Source of the DNA: Fonticula alba ATCC 38817
Lineage: Eukaryota; Protista; Nucleariida
NCBI GenBank assembly: GCA_000388065.2
Contig: KB932201.1
Reading direction: 5' to 3' (one strand)
DNA: 64,000 nt
In this document: positions 38,858-55,368 of the stretch, one piece after another
Numbering within the stretch: the first letter of the stretch is position 1
How the letters are laid out: each line of letters starts with the position of its first letter
The notes under the pieces: generated by a model
Database searches by the model: none
The model's input: the letters and a program-made list of their open reading frames with translations, nothing else
Told to the model about the DNA's origin: nothing
Translations under genes and position numbers: made by a program

Positions 38858-39819
38858 TCTTACACCTGCTGCCTTGTTGCCAAAAAAAAAACTCCACAAG
38901 GCACACTCCCTGACGCAAGCGCGCTGCCAGGGCACTCTCTCACCCGCGGCAAGAGCCTCATGGTCGATGGAGAGATCTTACCTACAGCCTGCACCTCCCA
39001 CCCCCCGGGGGGGCGGGGGCGGGGGGGGGGGGGGGGGGGATCGAAAAGCACGCCCTCACGCCAAGACCAAGGTAGAAAATGTCGCCCCCCGCCGGTCTGC
39101 AAATGTCGGCTGGCCAGCTAATGCCGGCGGCACCCGGTGCCAGACAAGCACCAGGGCGGGAGGAGTGTAGTCAAAAATCCGACCACGAAGAGAGTAGTCT
39201 GCCCGGATCCTTGCCGGATGCCCGGCCCCGCCGCTGTGCGCCAACGCATGCGCACACCGGACGCCGCGCCCTGGGGCTGCTCCGGCCCCGGCGACACCCG
39301 CAAAAGGAGCAGGGCAGGGCGGTGCCTATCGACGCGCGCAAGAGGGCCATGGCAGGGCTCGGAATGGTGTTGCTGCTGATCACCCGATACGAATGGATGC
39401 CAATAGTACGGATGCAATCGGCGGCAGCTGGGCTGCCTTCCGTCCGGGCTGAAAATGGCCCACCGATCCGGGACCAACTATGGCCGGTGCCTGCGCGTTG
39501 TGGCAACGGCTCGGGGAGCAAGCACACCGGAAGGGGGGACCGAACCAGGGGGGCGGATCTTCGTGACGGACCGCGGAGAAGGGGCGGGGGGCCGCTCGCC
39601 CAAGGGCGAGAGCCAACAACCGAGCCACGCGCCAGGGATCAAAGCCCACCCCTCTCGAGGTCGTGGCAGGTTGTCCGGTCAGAATTACCTCCCCACCTTC
39701 GATCGCCATCACCAATTCGCTTTCTTCCCTGTCCCTGCATCACACATACCCGTCCTCAGGAAGCCCCTGCTCCCACGGCCGCATACACGCACTGCTGCCC
39801 ACCCGCATCCCCCGCCACC

Positions 39820-41380
39820 ATGGAGTACGATCGACTTGGCCATGTCCCCCTTGGGAGGGCCTTTCAAGCTCACTGACCAGCGCTCGCACACACACACACA
39901 CACACATGGACGTACACGGGCGTACGTGCTTGCACGGCGAGCAGGCACATGCGAAAGGGCCGAAAGATGGCCGAGCGGTCATTGGCGCTGGCCCGCCTGG
40001 CCGGCGACTCGTCCAGCTGGCATGACCACCACAAGGGATCGGCATACATCCACATTGGCGGCCTGCATCCGGGCCTCACCGAGGGGGATGTCATTTGCGT
40101 CCTGTCGCAGTTCGGCGAGCCGGTGGACATCCACCTAGTCCGCGACCATAAGACTGGCGTCAGCCGGGGCTTCGGCTTTGTGGCCTTCGAGGACCAGCGG
40201 TCCACCAACCTGGCCGTGGACAACCTCAACGGCGTGGAGCTGCTCGGGCGCACGCTTTCCGTGTCGCACGCCAACTATCAGCCCCGGCCGAAGATGGAGA
40301 AGGGCGAGGATGGCCGATGGCGCGAGCGCGATCTGACCGAGGAGGAGCTTGCCGAGGAGGCACGCAAACGCAAGGCGCTGTCTTTGCATCCGGAAGGTGC
40401 ATGCCTGCCCCCTGTGCAGCTGGCCAGGGCATCTCTTTTTTTTTTCTCCTCTTGCCCCACTTCCCTGCTGATTTGTTCGGCCGGGGTTCCTTTCCTTCTT
40501 TTTCTCCTTTCCTCCTCCTTGCCATGCAGTCATGACTGATGTTTGTCCTCCTTCGCTCTCTGGCACAGACATCCGGGATAACATCGCCACCCTGGGTTTG
40601 ACATTGGTCCGGGCGCCGGTGTCCACATCCCGGATCCTGGTTGAGCAGGCATTCACCGGTGGGCCTGCATCGGGTGCGGCGCCGGCCACGACGGCCGAGG
40701 ATGACGCGGATGTCGATCCCTTCGCGGCCGGTGGCACAATGGACGACATTTCGGCCCAGCTGGATGCCGAGATCGCGGCCATCATCCAGCAAACATCCCA
40801 GGGCCCGGAGGAAAAGCGCCGAAAGAAGAGGCGCACCAAGACCCCCTCGGAGCCGCCGGCCAGTGAGATCCCCGCCGGGGATGGCCATTTGCCTGCATCC
40901 GGCGCTGAGTCTCCCACAGGGCGGGCCTCTCGCGACCGGAGCCGGAGCCCGGGTCGCGGCGACCGTAGCCGTAGCCCCGACCGGCGTCGGGCCCGGTCGG
41001 TTGATCGATCGCCCAGGCGACACAGCCGTAGCCCCTCTCCCCTTCAGCCGGCCCGCGGCCCGGTTGACGCCGACCAGGAGCATGGGCGTGGGCCTGGCCG
41101 TGATCGTGGCCGCGATCGTGATCGCAGTTACAGCCCTCCCCGCCAGCGATGGCGGAGTCGCAGTCGTAGCCGCAGCCCCGGTGGGCGGTCCGACCGCGCC
41201 CCCGATGGACATCGTCGCCGGAGTCGCAGTCCCCCCTCCTACCGTGATCGGAGTCACAGCCCGGATGCTCGCCGTGGTCGTAGCCCGGACGCTCGCCGTG
41301 GTCGTAGCCCGGATGCTCGCCGTGGTCGTAGCCCCTCCCGGTGGCAAGATCACTCTCGGAATGACTCTCGGCGGTACTGA
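39820..41380 (+). CDS. RBMX2: RES-complex RRM protein RBMX2/Snu17/Ist3 with RS-rich tail, about 422 aa
   Basis: Exons 39820-39824 (ATGGA), 39945-40396, 40569-41380. SWHDHHKGSAYIHIGGL...LTEGDVICVLSQFGE...RD..TG.SRGFGFVAFEDQRSTNLAVDNLNG is diagnostic. The C-terminus contains RSRSP repeats. Confidence 0.93.
41261..41333 (+). repeat. Three tandem 24-bp coding repeats (PDARRGRS) in the RBMX2 RS domain
   Basis: ccgga(t/c)gctcgccgtggtcgtagc three times, directly visible. Confidence 0.92.
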
Positions 41381-41728
41381 TGGCGGGATTAGACTGCTCC
41401 ATGTCCGGTGCATTGGAATCCACGCCAAGTGCATCTCCTCCTCTCTCCCCCAAACACATACACACATACATACATTAAACTGCATGCACACCTGCGTAAT
41501 GCTCCTGGACAGTATGGGTGTGCTCATGCCTTGGTCCCAGGCCATGCGCACATACACTCAGGCTGGAGCTTCTTTTTCTCTGTGTGCGTAGGTGTGACGG
41601 CGAAGCGTCGAATACACACGCATCACACACTCACACACACACGCACACACACACACACACATGGGACCGGGCGCGACTAAGGGAAACATGAAACTACGAA
41701 GGCATGTCCATTGAGAGGGGGGAGGCGA

Positions 41729-44570
<2,842 letters not shown>

Positions 44571-47500
44571 GGCTCATCCCCCAGGGGGCGAGGGCCGACG
44601 GAGGGGGAGGGGGGACGGGGGCGAGAGCAGGAGCAGGAGGCTGGGCTACCAGGAGGACGCGTGTCTAGCCAAGAGGGGGGAGGCAGATGATCAGCAAGAG
44701 GGAGCCGTATGCGGGGTATGCCCATGTGTCGGCGCATGCCATGGGCTATGGGGAGCTGGGCTGGGTAGGAGGGGGAGGGCACATGGGCGCGCACCTATAT
44801 GCAGGCAGGGGGCACTGTGCCGGCCGGGGGGGGGGGGGATGTCTTGCTGGGAGGGGAGGGAGGGGCAAGGGGGAGGAGGGGAGGAGGGACACGGGGAAGA
44901 GGCAGACAAGAGGGCGGGGTGGGCAAGGGGACAGCAACAGCAGATAGGGAGGGAGAAAGTAGGGGAGGGGAGGTCCTTGCCTGGGGGAACCGTTCCCCCC
45001 TGAAAGCGAGGGTGGTTCAAGTCCTTCGCCCCGGGCCAGCTCGACAATCGTGTGGGGGAGGCCCTTGTGCAGGGGGAGCTCGGGAGTGGGCAGGGAGGGG
45101 GGGTTGGGTGCGCTGCAGCACCCGGGGGGTGGGGCGAAGGCCGCCACTGGCGCGTGGATCGGCTAGGCCGGAGGGCGCGCGGCGCCCAGGGGGTCCGTGG
45201 TGCCCGGGGCCTCAGGATCGGGGGCCGAATTCCTTTGTCCGAGCCGCGTCGGCGCGGGGGGGGGGGGGGGGGGCATGGGCGCGGCTGATCGGCATGCCAC
45301 GGCCTGACACATCACGCACACCTGGCGCGCGGGGAAGGATGACCTCGCCATTCGCCAGTTCTCTTTCCCTGACGGACGGGGCCACAGTGTGCCCGGAGGG
45401 ACACGCCTGGCCGCGCAATAACCGCAGCCGTCTGCGAGGTTGGGCAGATCTATAAGGCGCGTCCTGGGGGGGGGGGACAGGGGAGACAGGCGGGACAGAG
45501 CAGGGAAGCGCTGCCAGTGTCGGAGATGTGTGCCGCCATAGGTGGCCAGTCATGTGCGCACGTACCCTCAGTCCCAGAGCAAGGCAGAGAGAGGGCGAGG
45601 CCTTGTGCGCTCAGGGCGCCAGATCGAGCCAACGACGAGGGGCGCGGCAGAGGCGCACGACGGGGCACGACGGCATCACCTGCCCGGCCCCAAAGCGCGA
45701 GATTAGTGACGACGATGTCCCCCCCCCCCCCCCCCCCATGGCCAGGCCGGAAAACGAGCGCCCAGAGCCGAGATGGGTGCGGCCGTGGTCTTAACGCCGG
45801 ACAGGCGGGAGAGCCGTACTGGCATATTCCGGCCCTCCCCCGACCAGCGCGGAGGAATGCCGCAGAGGGTCGAACGGGAAATGGGGGGGGGGGGGGGGGG
45901 GGGCGGGGGGGGGGGCGGGGGGGGGGGGGGGGGGGGGGGGGCGAGGAGGGGGGGGGGGGGGGGGGGGGGGGGGGCGGGAGGAAGGCGGGGGCAAGAGGGC
46001 GAGGAGGGGGAGGGGGGGAAGGGGGGCACGGCCCGCGGCGCAGGGCGCGAGGGCCGACGGAGGGGGAGGGGGGACGGGGGNNNNNNNNNNNNNNNNNNNN
46101 NNNNNNNNNNNNNNNNNNNNNNNNNNNNNNNNNNNNNNNNNNNNNNNNNNNNNNNNNNNNNNNNNNNNNNNNNNNNNNNNNNNNNNNNNNNNNNNNNNNN
46201 NNNNNNNNNNNNNNNNNNNNNNNNNNNNNNNNNNNNNNNNNNNNNNNNNNNNNNNNNNNNNNNNNNNNNNNNNNNNNNNNNNNNNNNNNNNNNNNNNNNN
46301 NNNNNNNNNNNNNNNNNNNNNNNNNNNNNNNNNNNNNNNNNNNNNNNNNNNNNNNNNNNNNNNNNNNNNNNNNNNNNNNNNNNNNNNNNNNNNNNNNNNN
46401 NNNNNNNNNNNNNNNNNNNNNNNNNNNNNNNNNNNNNNNNNNNNNNNNNNNNNNNNNNNNNNNNNNNNNNNNNNNNNNNNNNNNNNNNNNNNNNNNNNNN
46501 NNNNNNNNNNNNNNNNNNNNNNNNNNNNNNNNNNNNNNNNNNNNNNCCCCCCCCGCCTCCGCCTCTCGCCTTGGGCCCCCTCCTCCCGCCGCCGCCGCCC
46601 CCGTCCAGCCGGCCGCCCGGAGCGGGAGCCACAAACCGCGGTCCAGGCGGCCAATAGGTGGCAGTTGGTTGGCCAGGGTCGACCGCCGGGGCTTAGATGC
46701 GCGAATGGGCGCGGGCCCGGGACGCCGGCCTCGCTCCGCCCCCGGGCTGTGGCAGGGCCTCGGACCCGGCATCGGGGCAGGGGGTCTGGGGGAGGGGGGA
46801 GACAGAGCAGGCACATGCATGTTTGTGTGCATCATGCACACATGGATGGGTGGGCTTGGGCTTGGGCGTGTGTGTGCGTGTGTGTGTGTGTGTGTGTGTA
46901 CATACGGCCGGGCGGCGGGCCGAGGGGGGCGGATAAATAGGGCGATGTGCGTGTGCCACATCCCTGTCCCCGCCGGACGCCGAGGACCAAAGGGGAAAAG
47001 TGGCGATAACTCCACAATAATATAAAATAAAATGAAAAAAGATTGACAATAATATGGACAATTCTTGGGGGATATTAATAGTGCCGCCGGTGCTGTCCCC
47101 CTGGCCCCCCGGCCCGGCCCCGGTCTCTGTCCCCCCCGCCCCGCATGTGCATGTGCGTGCGTACGTGTGTTATGGGCGTGCATCTTCTCGCCCTCATTGT
47201 TTCTCCGTCCCCATGGGTTCGGAGCGCCTGCACCCACCCTGGCGCGGTCTTCGCGCCCCGCTCTGTCCCGAGGGACGATGTTGTGATTCTTGCGGGGCCT
47301 TCGCCCCGCCCTCGCCCCTCGAGCCCTGGCTTTCCGGCGCGGCCAGCCGCTCGGCCCGCCTTCGCTCCCCCCCCCCACGGGGTCCCCCGCGAGGCGGCGG
47401 GGGAGCGAGGAAGGCCTAGTCGCCGGGCAACGCCACCGGCGCTCGGGGACACCGCCGAGCCTGTTCCGGGGAAATCTCCACGCCCATTTCCTCCACTGAA

Positions 47501-50346
47501 GGCGGCCAGGTGGCGACCGGCCTCAGGACTGGCACGTGCACATACACACTGACACACACACACACACACACACAACACACACAAGGGTGCGCCGATGTGC
47601 CCGGGGGGGGGGGGGACGGCGATGTGTCCGCAGGAATGCAACCCCATTCCTTGCAAGTGCACCCCCGCCAGCGGGAGCGCGCCCGACCTGTGTTGCGGCC
47701 GGAGCATTGTTTTTTCTCGGCGCCCTGGGCCCGCCTGCCCACCCCCGCCAGAGAGAGGGGGTGGCCGCATCGGGGGAGAGGCTCGGGGCGGAGAGCCCGG
47801 TGCCGGGGGGGGGGGGGGGGGGCGCAGCGGGGGGTCAGGGCCGTGTTTGCGCTTTGCCGCGCCGGCCGGGGGCAGGGCATGCTCGAGAAAGGCGCACCCG
47901 AGCGGGGCCGGTGCCCTGGTGCCCCGGCCGGGCCGAGCAGCAGGTGCGACCAAACGCCGGCCTGCCGACCGGCCTAAACACGTTGGGAGGCAAGTAACGC
48001 GCGCACAAGCCCCGGCGGTGCCGGCCAGCGGGCAGAGGGGCGGAGGCGCGGGGTCCGCCAGCCTGCGGCGCCGTCGCTTTGAAGGTCAGTCGTCTTTAGC
48101 CCTGTGGGGAGGGAGGGGGGGGGGGCGGCAGGGCGCTCGCGCGGAAGGTCGACCGCCATGCGGCTCCGCGTCTATTCCCCACTATCAACATTAATTCGGC
48201 CCCCCCCCCCCGGCGTTCCACTAACGTGGCGAGCGGTGGGTGCCCGGTGGCGTGCGCTTATCGTGTGTCCTGGTGAGTGTTTTTACCTTGCCTTCCGGGG
48301 AGCGCATCCGGGCGGAGTCGAGGCCAGGAGTGACCTGTTCCCAAAGGGCCTTCAGAGAGGGAGGTGCGGGGGAGGGGGGCGCGAGTTACATGAGCTTCTT
48401 TCCACGAGGCTGACGTGTGCACGGGCGCGAGTGCGAGAGGCCTGCGTTGAATTTCGCAGCCATGCGCGGCCGCCTACTTGGAAGGGCGTCTACGCGGGGC
48501 TCACCCCGCTCCCCCCCCCCCCCCCCTACGGACCACCCCCGGCCCGCCGCCCTCGCGAGTCTACTGGCAAGCGGGGAGGGGGGAGGGCCGGGGGGCGGGA
48601 GCGGGAGCGTCCCACCCGGGGCCGGTCAATGCCGGCCCTCGCCCAGTTGGGCCCCGCCGCCTGACCCTCGCCTCTGCGTGTGTGTGTGTGTGTGTATTTT
48701 GTGTGAACGGCGAATATAGCGCCCAGCCCCGGACAAATAGATCCACGCGTGCTGGGGCCGAGCGACTGCATGCGCGGGCCGCTGTTGCGGGCGCACCGAC
48801 ATCTGAGCGTACCAGAGCCCAGGTGTGCGCGGGCGTATCGCCCCCTCCCCCCCCCCGGGGAGGGGGGGGGCGGGGCCGGGGCAGGGGCCTCCACGGCAGA
48901 GCGGGCTGGCCGAGGAATGTGATTGGAGGGCGAGCGGCCGCGCCAGCCGGACACAGGGGGGCGGGGCGGGCGGGTGTGCCTGGCTCCTCGCCCGAGGCGC
49001 CCCCCCCCCCCCCCAGGGCTTGGTGGCGGATGCGCGCCACACCATGGCGAGGCCCGGCCCGCCAAGTAGTCGTGCCGCGCCCCGGCCCGGGGCAGGACAT
49101 CGTTGAGCTTGCCGGCTCTCCTGCCCGCCAGCGGAGAGCCCCGCCCCGGCAATCACAGGGGCACATTCCGTTCCAGGGTTGCGGGGATCTCCAGTCCGGG
49201 CGGCGATCCGCCCGTTTGCCCTTCCTGCGCCGGGCCGCCCCCGCCTGTGGCCCTTTCCTCCCGGCTGCCCACGCACATCCTCCCGAAGCCGTGTGTTCCC
49301 AACAAGAACACACACAGCCAGCCGCGCAGGGCCTTTGTGAAGGACCACCACGAGGAGGGACACCGCGGCCCAAGGCACCGCGCGTATCGGTCACCGGCCG
49401 CTGCCGGTTCCCCCAGGGCCCGGCCGAGACACCCCTCTCAGGATGAGCCGGGGGTTAACACACACACACACACACACACACGCGCACATAGGCTCCCTTC
49501 TTCCTGCATGTCTCTGTCCGGCAAGCAGGCCAGCCGATGGAGGGGGGGGGGCGCCAGAGAGGCGCCCGCCACTTCGCCGCATCACCCGCCCGAAGCCCAG
49601 ACACAAGGGCTTTTCTGAGAGTTCCCACCCGGTGACCCCACCCCCCTTCCTCCGGCCCCTTCGTGTGTGTGTGTGTTTAACACCGCACGCCTGCTGCCGT
49701 CCCACCCTTGCCGGCAGTTTGGGGCGCGCCCCGACCCCCACCCCCTCCCGTGTTCGCCCTCCCTCCGGCGCTCGGCGAATCACCCAACCACCATCGCTGG
49801 TGGTTTTGGGCGCGCCCGGGATCCGGTGGGAGATGCGCTGCCGTGGCTTGATGCGTGGGCACCTCGTTACCCACCCAACCCCGCCGAAGGCCCAGGGAGG
49901 GGGGGGGGGAGGGCAGCGGCGTTCCCCACATCCGGCCAAGTGTCCCTCGCTCCCGCCGCGGCGGAGGGGAACACCGGCACCCGGGCGCGCATCGGCCGGG
50001 AATCCGGCACCAAACGCCGCAAACTCGTGCGCTGCCGACCAACAAGAAGAATAGCGAGCCCCACCACACCCACAGTCACAGCCCCCCNNNNNNNNNNNNN
50101 NNNNNNNNNNNNNNNNNNNNNNNNNNNNNNNNNNNNNNNNNNNNNNNNNNNNNNNNNNNNNNNNNNNNNNNNNNNNNNNNNNNNNNNNNNNNNNNNNNNN
50201 NNNNNNNNNNNNNNNNNNNNNNNNNNNNNNNNNNNNNNNNNNNNCCCCCGCATCCCCCCCCGCCCCCCGAGCATGCACACAGCAAACAGAGCCGATCCAG
50301 GCGATCTATACGGAGGAGGGGGGCGCGGCCCACGCACGGCATCGCA

Positions 50347-53300
50347 TCACACGCCGACAACACCCGCGGCACGCTCCATGGCCTCGACAGCGGCACGCAT
50401 GACGGCCAGGCGATCCGCCGATTGGCGCGTTGCCCGGCTGACGGTTTCACCAAGCACCGGAGACCAGCGGAGGTAAAATTCGGCCCACAGCCGCAAGCGC
50501 CGGGCCGCGGTCGAGGGACGGAGAACCCCCGGCACCAGGGCATACACCGGGTTCCGGAAGCGCTCCAAGCCCTCACGCGTGCCAAGCACATACGACCACA
50601 GGGAGCACGTTTGCCGGAAGACACCATGCTCATGGCGCTCGCGGTCGCAATTGAAGAGAAAGTCCCCGAACCGACAGGCCAGCGCCTCGTCGGCCAGGAA
50701 GACCAGCAATTCAATCCGAAACTCGAAGGCCGCCGGGAACTGCACCAGCAGCTGGTGCACCGAGTCCAGGAACTGCAGGAAAATCGGCGAGCGCTCATTG
50801 CTCTGCGTGCGATTGGCATAGCCCAGCCGGTGGGCGAACTTGTGCCCGGCGCCGGTCCACTCCTTGGCCACGAGCCGCGCGAACCCCTGAATGGTCCGGT
50901 ACTCCGGGTCCAGCAGCAACATGGACAGGGCGCACAATTGCGATGTCCGGTCCCACCCGTCGGAGCAATGGACCAGCACCGGGTACGCGTCGCGATTCAG
51001 GTGATCGGCAATGGTCACCGCCGAGGCCAGCAGCAATTGCACGTAGTCCAGCCACCGGGTGGCCTCGACTCGCGAGTGGAAGTCCAACCGCGAGCGGCGG
51101 AACTCCGGCCCGAAGTGCCCGCCGCCCGGCAGCGCGGCCGCCGACACACCCGGCGGGGCATTGCCCACCACCAGATGCTCGCCCGGCTCCAGGGGGGTGT
51201 CTGTCGGCGCCGGTGGCCCGGCCACCGGAGCCTCGCCACCGCCCCCGGGGCCGATGCCCGGCTCCATGGCATCCGATGACCGAGCGGCAAGCACACCGCC
51301 ACTTGTCTGCCACACGGCCGCCCCCTCGAGCACCGAATCGAAGGGGAAGCACAAATTCAACATCCGCCGAATGGACCCAGACATGACATGGATATTGTCG
51401 ATGCCCAGAAACACCAGCCGCGCTGACCGATAGAAGCTGACTCGCTCATAGCCAGCACCCTTGGCCTGGTTGGCGATGGCATTCAACTGCGGCCTGGCAT
51501 CCATGATCATCAGGGGCACATCCGGCACCGGGGTGGCTCCTGCGGCATTATTCCCACCGGCCAAGCCGGCCATCATGGCATCGGCCTCGGCTGACCCACC
51601 GGTCCGGGTGATCATGGAGGAAAGCATGTCCGACAGGTCCTCCATCCCCGAGAAGGAGGCACTGGCCGTCAGGGAACTGGTCACCGGGGACGCTTCGCTG
51701 GCAGGCAGCGAGAAGGCGCCCGAGTCGACCGACAGTGCCTCCTGGGTGGCGACCGGCGGATTGGTCACCGGCGCACGCGGCCGCCCGGTCGCCTGCTGCA
51801 TCAGCCGGTGCTCATACTGGGTGGCCAGATTCCCATGGGCACAGGCGGCCAGCTCGCCGAGCAAATTCAAGTACGTCTCATCATCGGGATGCATGTTCCC
51901 CAGGAGCCCGACATTCGGCTGGCTGCACCGGGTCAGCGAGGCCCCATTGAGCGGATGGAGCCAAGAAAGGATCGGCACCCGGGACTTCGACCGGAAGCTG
52001 GCCGCCCGGGCCAGCTGCTCGTCATCAATGGCCGCCGGCACCCCGAGGCGCGTGCAATATGTCCCGCAGATGGCATGCTCCGGCTCGGCATTGGCCGTCG
52101 AAATGCGCCACGCGCCGTTCGGCTGGTGTGCCGGGAGATGCGCGCGGACCAGGGGCGATCGCTCGGCCGATCGGGCTACCGCCACTCGAGGATCCGTGCC
52201 GAGCACGCGCTCGAGATCCCGCTCGCCGGAATACCGCCGCCAATCGTCCGGGTTCTGGTAGGCCGGCTGGAAGCGGAAGGCAAAGAGAGCCCGTGGCTGG
52301 TAGGCCCCGGTCCCGGGCCCGGTGGAGCTGGACACCGCCGGGGCAGAGGGGGCCGCCGTGCCCTGCCCTGGCCCGGTGGCGGGGGCCCCGGCGCCGCCAG
52401 CGCCGCCTGGCCCGGATGACCCTGCCGTAAGCGGGAAGCCACATCGAAGGACATGTTCGTAAAATTGCCACGGCACCAGGCGAAACTCATGGACCCGGAA
52501 ATCGGCGCAGCGCAGGGAAAACCCCACTTTTTCCGGACGCCCAAGCGGCGCGCGGCCGCTGGAGCCCGAGTTGGCGGACGGCATTGCCGCCAGGGCCGCC
52601 GGATCGCCGCTTGTCGGGCCGACCAGCACCACTTCCTCGAGGCCCGTGTGGATGGACTCGGTCCAGAAGGTGCCATTGCCCATGTCATCGGCCGAGCTGC
52701 CATCCTCATCCGCCGGGAGCAGGTAGAAGTGCGATGTGTGCAGGCCGGTTGGCAGGGGCCCGGCCTCGGCGGCCGCCGCCAGCACCGGGGCCAGCCCCGA
52801 CCCCGGGGTTGGAGCCAGCGAGATCTTCTGCACGACGCCATAGGGAATCTCCGGGCCGGGAATCGGGCAGGTGACCGTGGAAAAGCCATGGCCCTTCCAC
52901 TGGGGAAGGGGGATTGGACGTGCACAAGGGCAGTAGGCAGAGGGGGGAGAGGCGGTGGCAGCGACAAAGGCCGAGGGTCAGTCATTGGGCAGCCGGCAAA
53001 TGCCGAGGTCCGCCATCCTTACGAGCAGTGCTTGCCAGGTTCGGCCATTCAGGGGGCGCACGTCGAAGTACTTGCGCCCATGGGGCGAGGTGTCCGACGC
53101 ATTGCAGAAGATCATCCGAAAGCAGGTTTGGAAGAGCGTCCCCCCGATCGGGCCGTCATACGGGCAAAGATGCACCACGCGGAAGGCAATCGACAACAGC
53201 CGCTCGCCGGGGTACAGCCCGAGAATGTCCTCCAGCCGCGCCAGAGGGAGGCCGCTGGCCGGCTGGTCGTCTAGCTCGGCGAAAAGGCCGCGGCCGGCGC

Positions 53301-53358
53301 CAGGATGGAGCCGAGGATCGCCCCGACTCGCGTGCATGCCCATGCTACTGGTCATCAT
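50347..53358 (-). CDS. Catalytically intact myotubularin-family PI3P/PI(3,5)P2 phosphatase (PH-GRAM + PTP), about 938 aa
   Basis: Exons 53358-53023 and 52827-50347. Motifs: WRISTAN..ICGTY, ASFRSKSRVPILSWLHP, LTRCSQP, IMDARPQLNAIANQAKGAGYE, FLGIDNIHVM, VLVHCSDGWDRTSQL, KEWTGAGHKF, RSPIFLQFLD..HQL..QFPAAFEF. Paralogue not assignable. Confidence 0.95.
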
Positions 53359-54334
53359 ACATGTCGTGCATGAGATGGGTTGAGGGACGATGAGGAGCGA
53401 GGAGGAGGAGGAGAGCGAGAGGAGAGCGGGGGGGGGGNNNNNNNNNNGGGGGGGGGGGGGGGGGAAGCGGGAGGAGAGAGAACGCTCAGACGGGGTGATC
53501 TTGACGGTCCCCCCTCCGGCGGGGGCAAGGGATCCCCGACAAGAGGCCTTTTCACTGCTTCGCTCCTCTCGAAGGGCTGAGAGACTCCTGCCACCGGGCA
53601 ATATGGGAAGGAACGCGCACACACACACACACACACACGTACACGCACATGTACGCGTACACGTACACACACACACACACAAACATACACACGCCCGGCC
53701 GTGGGGGAAGCCTTCTCTCCGGGCATGTGTGTCCCCCCGGCCTTGCCCACACCATATTATTGAACACACACTCGCGCTCGCCGCGTTCAACAACAATCCG
53801 TCTGGGTGTTTGAGTGACAGGCGGGGATCATGTGGGAGAGAATCACGCCACGCTCACGCCCATCGTGCGTGGCCAGCGTCCATATCCCAATGCATACTGC
53901 CCAGGCAGCATCTGGTCTTCGCAAAGGACCGTCATTCCGCGGCTCGTCGCCCCTCGCGAGGGGCTCAAAGGCCCAACCCCCCCCGGTCCGCCCCGCCTGG
54001 GGTGTGGTGGTTGTCGGGGTCTGATTCCCCCCCCCCCCCCTCCTGGCTTGCTGGGCCTTTGCCGCGCGTCCCCTTCTTCGTGGTGTCCTTCCTCGGGGTG
54101 CAGGCGAGCCCATTCAACGCGAGGCGAGATCGGAGTCGGCTACCCAGCACGATCCGCAGCAATACTCCCCTCCAAGCCCTCTTTCTGCATTTTCTTCGGC
54201 CCCTCTCCGCTCGCCGCCCTTCTCTCTCTCTCTCTCCCTCCACCTCCCCGCTTGGCAGTCCGCTTGGAGTCTTTCCCCGTGTGTGTGTGTGTGTATTCCC
54301 TCCATCTTGAGGAGCATCGCGACTCCCTGACGCC

Positions 54335-54991
54335 ATGATGCTCGCACGTTCTGCGTCCCGCATGCTGGTGGTCGGCCCGGCCCGGTCGGCACCGGTCCGC
54401 GGGCTTGCCTCCGTCGCCACTGCCGCCACCAACACCGATGCATCGGCTCCCAAAGCCACCCCCGAGATCAGCCCCGAGGTGGTGGCCGAGACCGTCCCCG
54501 ACGCCGCGGCCGATCCGGCGGTCTTGCAAAAGCGCTCGCTCGAGGTCTATCGCAAGGTTCAGCGCTTGGCGCGTGAGTGCTCGGTCGAGCATAACCGCGA
54601 GGGTCGAAACCTGCGGGACTACTTGATCGATGAGATTCCGGTTCTGGCGCGCGACGCGGCCGCCGCCGTCCGGGCGCCACCCTCAGCCAACCCGCCGACC
54701 GCCGAGCATGTGCTCAGCTCGGCTGAGCGGGAGGCTGCCGCTCTCGAGCGCCTGGTCTCCAATCACTACCAGCAGATGGTGCGCCGCTTTCCCTCTCCTT
54801 CGCCTTTCTCCGGCGTTTGTGTGCCGCCATCGCCGCCGCCTCTGGATGCCAATGCTCTTCCCCTGCCTCTCCCTGACTTTTGTTCGCCACTTTGCCGGCG
54901 CAGTTCACGCGCGACCCCATGTGCGAGGTGTACAACCTTCGCAGTTCCACTCGGAGCTTCGTACGTCCCCCCGGACTTTCGTCGATCACCT

Positions 54992-55033
<42 letters not shown>

Positions 55034-55368
55034 CACACCCTCACTCTCGCTCTCGCTCTGGTTTCTCCCACAAACTGACTCACATCCTTTCTCATCTTTC
55101 TCCCCCTCTCGCTCCCTCCCTTCCTCTCCGTCCATCATCAATGACCCTCAAGCTCCTCAACAACGACTTCATCAAGGAGTTCGATGAGAGCCCGCCCGGC
55201 TTCATCGACCGCACCCTCGGTCATTACCGGACGAAGCGGAAGTTCGAGCAGCTGCGGGCCCTGCGTGCGCGCAACATCGAGATTCTTCGCAAGGCTGAGG
55301 CTGACGGCGAGGATACCATCGCCGTGGCGACCCGCCTCCTCCAGGAGGCCAGGATGACGGACAAGTGA
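54335..55368 (+). CDS. UQCC2: Mitochondrial cytochrome b translation/assembly factor UQCC2/Cbp6-like, about 238 aa
   Basis: Exons 54335-54778, 54904-54960, 55153-55368. Presequence-like N-terminus (MLARSASRMLVVGPARSAPVRGLAS). YRKVQRLARECSVEHNREGRNLRDYL resembles UQCC2 [26 protein letters not shown], and ALERLVSNHYQQMFTR resembles SLARLHSNYYKHKYPR. Confidence 0.72.

Noticed and set aside
38880-39720. Coding-like composition and splice-like signals on the minus strand between GlnRS and RBMX2
   Set aside because: I could not assemble a phase-consistent model with normal intron sizes or recognise a family (only a weak Pop5/Rpp14-like impression). It needs RNA-seq.
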